A stretch of 63,956 bases of DNA, filler included, from Chrysochromulina tobinii (taxonomy: Eukaryota), in NCBI GenBank assembly GCA_001275005.1. It is 7 parts of 7 records of this genome, joined end to end, with 100 filler letters (N's around TTAATTAATTAA, not from the genome) between each part and the next. Parts side by side here need not be neighbours in the genome. Positions count along the whole stretch, not along the records: positions 27,613 to 35,335 come from JWZX01000538.1; positions 35,436 to 60,361 come from JWZX01000539.1; 5 more parts are not named here. One strand, given 5' to 3'. A program made the translations under genes and the position numbers. The notes beneath the pieces were generated by a model. That model saw only the letters and a list, made by a program, of their open reading frames with translations. It was not told the origin of the DNA and did not search any database. Below, one piece after another: positions 29,706-38,706 of the stretch (its first letter is position 1; every line of letters starts with the position of its first letter).

Positions 29706-32700
29706 TCACGCATCGATACTCTCGATGGTCTCTTTGTCGATCACGCCGTTCAGGGCCCCTGATCCAGGACTCATGAACGAAGCCGCCTTCGCCTTACCGG
29801 CGGGCGCAGCGGCCATCGCCTCGACTTCCTTGAGCGCTGCGGCCTTGGCCGCCGCCTTTTGCTTGAGCGTCTCGTCGTTCCAGATGAGGGCTCGTTGTCC
29901 AAAGTGGAGGAAGCGTTCCTTGCTCCCGGCGCTCACAAACTCGATCGAGCCGTCGCGCGCCTTCTCCTTGGTCATCTCGCAGTGCACGAGGTACTCATCC
30001 TCGCACTGCTCCTTGAGCATCTTACGCAGCTGCTTGTACGCCTGGCCCGTCGCTGCCTTGACTGCCTTGGCCGCAGACGACGACGTGCTGGTTGCATCTT
30101 CTCCGAGGGCGCCCTCGCCCGAATACACAGCCTCAAAGGTCTTGAGCGCCTCAACCTCCGCCTTCGACACTGCCTGCGTCGGCAGTCCGGCAGCCGACGG
30201 CAGCGGCAGCCCCGCAAGGCGGCCTGCCATGGCGCAGCTCTTCACAATGTGAAGGCCGGCCGAGATGATCACACGGTTCTCGACCAGCCACTTCTTGGGC
30301 ACCTCCAGCTTGTAGCCTTCGCCATCGGGACCGCAGCGCACCGCGCAGCCGGTCACCGGGTCGAGGAAGACGAGGCGGTACTTGTCCTTTAGGAACTCCC
30401 TCTTGACGAGCTGCATGAGCTTCGAGCTCGAGGCCTGCATCGGCAGGAGCACGAAGAGGCGCGGGCAGTCGAGCTCACCCTCGGCGAGCCGGTTGAGGCT
30501 GCGCTCAAGACTCTGCATCTTGGCTTCGGTTTCCTGCATCGCCTGTTGGAACATGGCCGACTGCCGCTGCAGCATCGAACTCAGCGCGCCCGAAAGCTCG
30601 CCACCGGTACCGCCGGGCATCTGCAAACGCACCGCGTAAGCATTCTGGCGCAGCAGGCCCTGCGACGTTTCCAAGGCCGCCTTCTCCTCAGCCAGTTCTG
30701 TCAGCTCCGCAGCCGTCGTCGTCGCGTCGCCCTGTGCCGCGCCAATCTGCACGAGGGCGACGCCGAGCGTCTCCGCCTCGGATTCAGTTGAGATCAGCCG
30801 CATCGCCAGCGCCAGCTGCGACGCCTCCAGATCGGACCCCTTTGAGAGTGAGTGCTCCATCTTCTCGAGCATCGCGACGACGCCACTTCCCGCCCCCTTG
30901 CCTGCCTCTTCCCCGCCCTCTCCGCCCTCGCCGCTTCCGCCGAGGGGAGCGATGTTGCTGCCAAAGGTCGGGCGCTGCGCATAATCGGCGTGCCAGCAGC
31001 CCTCAATCAGCTTCACGATCGGCCCGGTGGTCTTGTCCCGCCACTCCTCGTCCGGGTCGGCCAGCTTCGGTCGCTCGCCCTGGGTCACTCTCTGCGGCAA
31101 CGAGGTCGCAGCCGCCAGTACCTTTGCGTACGGCTGCTCGCCACAGACGACAATCCACGCGAGGATGGAGAAGGCGTAGACGTCTGCTTCGGGCCCCACG
31201 TGCGGCGGATTTGCGAAGAGCTCGGGCGCCTTGAAGGGCAGCGTGCCACGCCCGCCCACGGTCGACTGCGACATGGAGGTCATGTTGGCAGAAGTGGAGA
31301 GCCCAAAGTCGGTGATCCATGGCACGTCGAGCGGCCCGATGAGCACATTCTCCGGCTTCAGGTCGAGGTGGATGATCTTGTGCGAGTGCACCGCCTCCAT
31401 GCCACGCGCGATGCCCGCGAGCAGCCGCACGATTGCCAAGGGTGTCTGGAACATGTGGTTGTCGAGCGCGTCCTGCAGCGTGCCGCTTGGCGCGTAGCTC
31501 ATCAGGATCATCGGTGCAGGCTCGAAGCATGCGCCGTGCAGCTTGATGACATTCGGATGGCGCACGCGCGAGAGCGCGCGCACCTCACGCCGGAGTGCCT
31601 GGTTGAACGAGTCGTGCGCCGACGTCGAGTCGAAGGCGTTCTGCTTCCCGCGGCTCTCCTTGGGCGGCCGCGGCTGCTTGATGGCGACCTCGATGCCATG
31701 CCACAAGCCGCGCACCACGACCGCCTGCCCACCCTCGCCGAGCTTCTCGAGGATCGTGATCTCGCGCGCGTCGAGCTCAAACGCCCTGAGGAGCTCCTGC
31801 GCCCGAGTCATGCGTGCCTTGGCACTGGCGCTCGCGCTCTCGGAGAGCGTGAGCGAGGTCACCATGTCAGAGGACGACGACGTGGACGAGTGCGGGTAGC
31901 TCGTACTGTCGGCGCTGCTCGACTTGGTAGGCGCGACTGCTGGCGTCACCACGATCAGCTTGCGGCGCATATTGCGGCGACGACGGTATAGGATGACCAG
32001 GGCTAGGACAAGGATGATGATGATGACCCCCGCGATGACGCCGATGATGATGCCCGTTGAGCCGCTCGTCTCCACTGCCGATGCACCGGTCGACATGGTT
32101 GACATGGGTGACATGGGTGGAGGTGACACGGGTGGAGGTGGCGATGGTGAAGGCGGCGGTGGCGGTGGGACGTCTGCGATGGTTGGCGGCGTCACGACCT
32201 CGAGCACGACGATCGAGACGCCGGTGACGTTCGCGAGCATGGCGGCCGCGCTGCTCGGGCTGCTCGTCGCGCTGGCCATCGTCGTCTGCACCGAGGTCGC
32301 GGTCGCCGTGGTCGTCTGGATGCTCACGTCGGCGATGACGCTGCCCGGCGATATAGTCAACTCGACCGCCGATGGGTCCACGCCCGCGCGAACCGCGAAT
32401 GCACTCTGCATCTGGGTCTGCACGCTCGGGGTGAATGAGGAGACGTCGCCGCCGAGCTCGAGGGTGAATCCGACCATACTCATCGCCGGCGGCGAGGGCG
32501 GCGGCGAGGGCGGCGGCGGAAAGGGCGGAGGCGGTGGCGCGCAGGGTGGGGGCGGCGGAGCCTGTGGTGCGCCCGCTGGCACCGATGGCGGCGGCGGCGA
32601 GGGCGAGGGCGGCGGCGGCGAGGGCGGCGGCGGAAGGCTGGGCGAGGGCGTAGGCGAGGGCGGCGGCGGCAAGCGCGGCGGCGGTGAGAGCAATGGCGGT

Positions 32701-33609
32701 GGCGGCGAGGGCGAGGGCGGCGGCGGCGAAGGAGGGGGTCCCAAGCAAGTTGAGATTGGCCCGAAGACGTCGGTGAGGGTCATTCCGAAAGAGCAGACGC
32801 TGGCTCCAGTGTAAATGGGGCTGACATAGACATTCGGCCCCTGCGCAGCTGTGTTTGAGTGAATGGTGCTGGCCACAAGCGCAACGCTTGTGCCTGCGCT
32901 CGAGATCAAGAAGCCGCCTCCGTTACCTCCGGCCGTGTTGGAATAGACGTGGCAAGACGTGAACGTCACGGTACTAGAGATTCCATAAGCGCCTTGGCCA
33001 CTAGAGATGTAGACGCCACCTCCACTCAAATCATTATATTCTCCATGCATTCGATTTCCGAAGATGTAGACGTTGGTGAATGTAGCAGTGCCACCAAAGA
33101 TGCAGACGCCGCCTCCCCCATACCCTGTGTTGGAGAAGATGTTGCACGAAAGGAAAGTCACGTGACCATTCCAGATATGCACCCCACCACCCCAATCGCC
33201 TACATTGGAGTAGATGTTGCACGAAATGAAGGTCACGTGACCATTCATAACCGCCACGCCGCCACCATAATCAGTGACTTCAGTGTCGTAGCCTCCCGTG
33301 ACGTTGAGCCCGTTCAGGAGTACCACACCCGACGACCCGGGGTCGATGTTCACCACCTTGCGCTGATTCGAGTAGCTCGCTTGTGCATCCAGCACGACCG
33401 AGCCTGCCACCGCCGCCTCGAGGACGACGCTCCTGGTGACGCTGAGCACGGCGCTCAGGTAGTAGGTCCCGGGGGCAAGGACGATGCGGCCGACGGCGGT
33501 GTTGGCGAGTGCACTGGTCAGGCCGGCGGCCGTGCTCACCGCCGCGGTCCCCGGCGGATGCGGTGGCGGCGAGGGAGATGGCGGCAAGCGCGGCGGCGAG
33601 GGCGGCGAG

Positions 33610-33641
<32 letters not shown>

Positions 33642-35087
33642 AGGAGGGGGTCTCCGGCACACGGCGCCAAGACCTCCATTAAGACCCCCCGAACAATGCT
33701 CATCGTTCCAGGTTGGATATTCCGCATATGCTTGGACACAATCCTCGTCGCCAAAGTAGTTGTTTGGCTCACCAGGGTACCAGTTGGAGTAGTCCCATGG
33801 AGTGCCGTCGGACCACCTCCAGGTGCCCTCGCTTACCGCATCAGTCGCACCGATCCAGGCAGTGGTGGATTGAGGGATGACGGCCCGCACAGCCTCATTC
33901 TCCGCGGCGCTGTGGATGCTTGCGAGATCACCGCCGAGAGACTGGCACGCTGCGCGCCCAGCCGCCCACGTGCCGAGGGTTGGTACGTAAATGAATGGCG
34001 AGGTACTTTGGCATTCAACGCTCGCCATCCTGTCGAAGCTGAGGAGGATAGCCAGCCAGACTCTCCATCGAGCACATCCCGGCTGCGACCTTCCTCGCCG
34101 ACTCCCACGTGCTCCTTGCGTCGCGTCTTGCATCGTGCTCCAACGCAGTGCTCTTAGCAGCCCCACCAACCTTGCGACGAGGCCAACAATCGCAAAGAAG
34201 GCCATCGAGAGGCAAGCGAATCGACCCATCTCACCTTGGAGAGCGGTGGCCTTCCATCCCGTGGCTGTAGAGTTGGCATGCGTGTGTAAGGTGGCGCCTT
34301 GGGGCGGCGGCAGCGAAGTCGGCGGGGGCGACGAGGGAGGGTGCATCGGCTGCGGCGGGGGCGAAGGCCGCGGTGGCGAGGGTGCGGACGGTGGCGCCAG
34401 CGGCGGAGGGGCCGTTGACTTTGGCGAGGGCGGCGAGGGCGTGCCGGCCGAGATGCTGCCAGGAGCGGGCGGCATCCTTGGAGGCGATAGAGGCGGTAGA
34501 GCCACAGGCGGCGGCGACGATTGCACGGCGGGGTGCGATCCGCAGTTGGCGCCATCGGCGCAGGAGCACGTCTCCAAGCAGATGCCCTTGCCTGGGGGTG
34601 AACTAGCGGTCGGCAATGGCAGCGGTTGACGCATGCCGCAGTCGGCGCAGTCGGTGCCGTACTGGCCATCCGGGTACTCGGCGCCCGGGCAGCCGTCGTC
34701 GCAGCAGTAGCCATCCGAGGCATCAGCTGGCATTCCGATGCGAGTGACAGTGTTGATGCAAAGGGCAGGGGGTGCCGCGGGTGCCGGAGGTGTTGACGCA
34801 GGGGGGCGCGGTGGGCTGTAGACCGGTGGCTGCCGGGGCGAGCGCGGCATGCGCGGGGCGCAGTCCACGCATTCAGCGCCGGATGTGCACATCGGCAACT
34901 CGGAGCCGGGGCTGTCGCAATAGTTGTCCGAGGCGTCCACGCCCGTGTTCATGCAGAGTGAATGGGGGGGAGGCGAGGCGTAGCCGAGGAAGAGCTGATG
35001 GGTCGCCCGCAGCACGTTTGCCCCAACAAAGGGTGTAGAGGTTACGCTCTCGGCAGCGACGACGAGCAGGAAGGTGCCCAACATCAT
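29706..35087 (-). CDS. Receptor-like TKL kinase: Cys-rich repeats, C-type lectin, GGG beta-helix repeats, Pro-rich spacers, SEA-like domain, TM, kinase, coiled coil, C-terminal globular domain
   Basis: Signal peptide; CTL with WIG/EPN/WND; repeated GGGV..F..C.I..N; TM IIIGVIAGVIIIILVLALVILY-RRRR; LGEGGQA, VAIK, HLDLKPEN, DFG, APE. Confidence 0.9.
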
Positions 35088-35171
35088 CGAAGAAGGGGCG
35101 ACGAGGCGCTAGTTGTTGCTCCAAAGCATCTTCGCTCGACTGCGAGCGCGCAATTTCGAGCCCAACACTTC

Positions 35172-35335
35172 GTGTCCGGCTCCCCCCGGTCGTCTTTTTA
35201 CCGGTACCGGCTCCCCCCGGTGTCTTTTTACCGGTAAAAGACACCGGGGGAGCCGGGACACACACACGGGACACGCGGACGCACAAAGGCACACGGACCG
35301 CACAGACGAACCTCACAACCATCCAAACCCACCAA
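35172..35335. mobile_element. Dispersed repeat with head-to-head termini forming a ~50-bp palindrome centred on ACCGGT
   Basis: CCGGCTCCCCCCGGTGTCTTTTTACCGGTAAAAGACACCGGGGGAGCCGG at 35207-35256, extra tandem arm at 35176-35206; runs into the contig end. Confidence 0.65.
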
Positions 35336-35435
35336 NNNNNNNNNNNNNNNNNNNNNNNNNNNNNNNNNNNNNNNNNNNNTTAATTAATTAANNNNNNNNN
35401 NNNNNNNNNNNNNNNNNNNNNNNNNNNNNNNNNNN

Positions 35436-36146
35436 GGCTGCTGCAGCGGCTCGGGCGGTAACGTGGAGCTGGCCGGCTGCTGCGGCGCCTCAACGACGTC
35501 TTCCGGTACAAAAGCCGGCTCGGAGTTTGACGCCGCTGCATCCGCCATCTCTATGAGGCGCCCGATGAGCACGGGCTTGGTGCCGTCGGTCGTGAAGCCA
35601 AGCTTGCGCAGCTTCCAGCGCAGCTCCTCAACGCGCATCCGACTGTAACGCTTACGAAGCTCATCAGCACGCTGCCCGTCGACGGGCGCAGCGTGCGACG
35701 CGTGCTCCTCCGCGCTGCCAAAGTCACCACCCGCGCCGATCAGCGCGCCTAGTACGGGAGCGCGCTTGCTGTTGAGTCGGGAGGCGATCGACGCGCTGGA
35801 GGTGCTTGAGCGCAATGGGGGCGTCGAGATACAGGGCGTCCTCGATGAACTGGATGAGCTGGTAGAGCGAAGGCTCGTTAGAGCTCGGCCACGTGTAGAC
35901 TGGGTCGTTCAGCTTGCACACCATCTGAAGCGTCGAGGCCATGATCGTGTGCATGGGATAGATGCCATCCTCGGAGGTGGCGAGGTCCATCAGATCCTTC
36001 AAGGTGCCCATGAGTCGGGCTGCATCTTGCGACAACGTGACCACCTCTCCGTCTCGCGCTCGCACGCGTATTGCTATTGGCTCCTCGTGTTTGGCCTTCT
36101 TTGCCGCGGGCGCCTCCTCGGCCGACGTTGCAGGCCGACGTCGCAC
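35436..36146 (-). pseudogene. Skp1-like + SAP-domain gene with a +1 frameshift near 35790 and no clean start
   Basis: IRVRARDGEVVTL...TLKDLM...ALYLDAPIALKHLQR in one frame; IASRLNSK...GDFGSAEE and SAP motif MRVEELRWKLRKLGFTTDGTKPVLIGRL in the next. Upstream in-frame ATG (36158) is followed by TGA. Confidence 0.7.
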
Positions 36147-36218
36147 TCAAAAGATCATGCAAAAGATAGGCCCTCCTTTGTTGTGAATGGGGGCTGCCGC
36201 GCGCGCGCCGGGCCGACT

Positions 36219-36240
36219 CCCCTGTGGGGAAAACGGGGAG
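36219..36240 (+). repeat. 22-bp dispersed motif CCCCTGTGGGGAAAACGGGGAG (second copy 59081-59102, - strand)
   Basis: Exact 22-nt match at two sites, each upstream of a gene start. Confidence 0.8.
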
Positions 36241-36922
36241 GAGTGATCAAGATTCTGTGAGCTCGTGCACTCTGCATTGTGCACAATCAACTTTACGGTA
36301 GCAATCAAAGTTTCCATGTTCTGTGCAATCTACATGACGTCGGCAATTGGACGTCGGGTGGTCGAAAGAACGTTAACGACTCCTCTCCCTCCGTCCCTCG
36401 TTCCTCACCTGGCCGCTCGGCGAGCCTCCACTCTTCACACGTCAAATTCACAGTTCGGAACTTGCGGTCTTTCTTGGACAACATGGAAGTTCAGTTGGAT
36501 CGCTTGACTTCTCGACGTACTTGTGCTTAACTTGTGCTGCATGTGTTGTGCTGGTCCCCTACGTTTCACTGACACTGTGTGTACAACTCCGAGCTCCTTT
36601 TTTGTATCACCAGATTCAGAATGAGGTTTGCACGTCGCGCGGGCGGATCAGTGACACCGGGTCGGCGGCGGGTGCACAATTTGCGCGGAGCTGTGCACAG
36701 CTCCGCGCAAACGTGTCGGTCGGGTAAAAGATAACGGGAGTGCTGTTCAGCTTGCCGTGGTGACCACATGTTGGGCGCGCGCGGATTGAGCTGCAGAGCG
36801 TCGAAGTTGGAAGTAGCCGTCCTACGAAATACCGTGGATGGATGCTCCACGCTGAACCATGTGATGCAAATGGACCGCGATGGTGACCCGTGACGCGAAG
36901 TTGCTCATGGACAGCGTGCCAT

Positions 36923-38251
36923 CTAGTGAGTGGCCCTGTCCGTCGGAGATCCAAGCAGAGATCCGTCCGCCGACGACGCGTAGGGCTGCCCGAACTTGGC
37001 CTCGAACCGTGCGAGCCGGCGGTGCGCCGCCTCGTACCGCGCGTGGTGCGCCGCGCTCGAGTTGAACGCGGAAGATCCAAGGACACGAGCGCTGGAGGAG
37101 CCGCCGGTCCGGAAGCTCGCTTGCGTAGCCTCGAGCCGCTGGGCGGCTGCAGCTTCGAGCTGCTGCCATGGCATGCCCGACGAGGCTTGTTGTGTGCCCA
37201 CCGCAGCGCTATCGAGCGAGTACTCTTCCCACACGCTGGACCCGTGCCCGGCGGCTGTAAAGCCGCTGCCACCGCCGCCGGGCCCCGAGAACGACGTAGC
37301 TAGGGCCGCCTCCACCTCCGCACTTGTGGGCGATAGGGATGTCCGCGCCGCCGCGTTCTCGCCGGCACCGCCAGTGTGGCTGCCGCTCGCGTTGGGCATC
37401 GCACCCGTGCTTGGAGTGACGAAACTACGAGGCGTGGTGATCGGCTCGACACGCTTCGCCCGCTCGACGGGCGCTTGCGGTCCGCTCGGCTGCGGCGGCT
37501 GCGGCTGCGGTGCGGGCGGTGCCGGCAGCAGCGGCGGCCGCCGCCGCGCGGACGACTGGGGAGAGCGACTCGCGCGAGAGAGGCCAGTGGGGGAGGCTGA
37601 ATCATCCTCACGAGGCGGCAGGAAGCTCAAGTTCTCGATCAGATTCAGGATGACGTCCTGCGCGCCGACCACCTTCGCCATCGCCTCGCGCTTTTCTGAG
37701 GTTGTGCTTGCCTCTTTATTCGCGAGCACCGCCTTGCGCTTGCGCGCCGCTACCTTCGTGCGCTCCCGCCGATCGCACACCGCCATGAGCTCATCGTTGC
37801 GTAGGATGAGGTCATCCATGCGTGACTTGAGCGCGGCGATGCGTGTGACTGCCGAGTGCAGCTGCGACGTGCGGTGCGCGAGGTCGGAGCGCAGCCTAGC
37901 ATTCTCGGCCTCGAGATCCTCAATGACCGTGCCCGCCTCGCGGCGAGTCTGCTGGATGTCAGCGGCCTTCTCGTGCGAGAGCATGAGCGCACGCTCGTGA
38001 ACCTTTTGGCGCAGGCGCTCCAGGCCTTGGTCCTTGAGTGTGAGTTGCCGCTGCAGTGCTTCATTGTGCGAGCGGAGTGAGCGGATCTCGTCGGCCGCGC
38101 TGCTCGTCACGCGTGGCGATGACGGAACAGATTGCGAGTAGACTGCGGACACGCCAGGTGTCGAGCTGTAGATCCGCGCAGGCGATGCAGAGCCGGCGCT
38201 GCTTCCGAAGGTCTTGCTGCCAGCGAAGGACTTCGAGGCACTGAGCGCCAT
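36923..38251 (-). CDS. Hypothetical coiled-coil protein
   Basis: ATG-initiated 442 aa with heptad-rich segment (IRSLRSHNEALQRQL...IEDLEAENARLRSDL). Confidence 0.75.
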   Translation of the reverse strand: MALSASKSFAGSKTFGSSAGSASPARIYSSTPGVSAVYSQSVPSSPRVTSSAADEIRSLRSHNEALQRQLTLKDQGLERLRQKVHERALMLSHEKAADIQQTRREAGTVIEDLEAENARLRSDLAHRTSQLHSAVTRIAALKSRMDDLILRNDELMAVCDRRERTKVAARKRKAVLANKEASTTSEKREAMAKVVGAQDVILNLIENLSFLPPREDDSASPTGLSRASRSPQSSARRRPPLLPAPPAPQPQPPQPSGPQAPVERAKRVEPITTPRSFVTPSTGAMPNASGSHTGGAGENAAARTSLSPTSAEVEAALATSFSGPGGGGSGFTAAGHGSSVWEEYSLDSAAVGTQQASSGMPWQQLEAAAAQRLEATQASFRTGGSSSARVLGSSAFNSSAAHHARYEAAHRRLARFEAKFGQPYASSADGSLLGSPTDRATH

Positions 38252-38706
38252 GCCGCTCGTCTGGTGTCAGCGAGCGTGGCTGTAAGGGCGACTCTCAGAG
38301 GAGTTCGGCCTCGGAGTTCGGCCTCGGTCGGCCATATCGGTGGCTTGAAAACAAAACGCCGCCACGGCGCGATCGCCCGCGCCAAGGACGGAGGAAACGC
38401 AATCCTGAGAGAGTCCTGAGACCCTTTTGCTGGTGCACGCTGATGTGAGCCGGCTTTTCTACGAGTTCACCGCGCCGCTCGGGATTTTTGGTTTCTTGGG
38501 AAGCTGTAATGCTGATGGCCCGGCCTTTTACATGTTCAGATCCTTTGATTGTGAAAATAAAGCAGACATCCTGAAAGCGCAGGACAATTCCGACTCGTTT
38601 GCCAGTTACTAGTCAAGCTCAGCTTGCATAGGGACGCCGTGCGCGGGCACGCGTCGTCGTCGGCACGAAACGCACGCGCGATTTGGGCTATATCCGGCCG
38701 CGGTCG

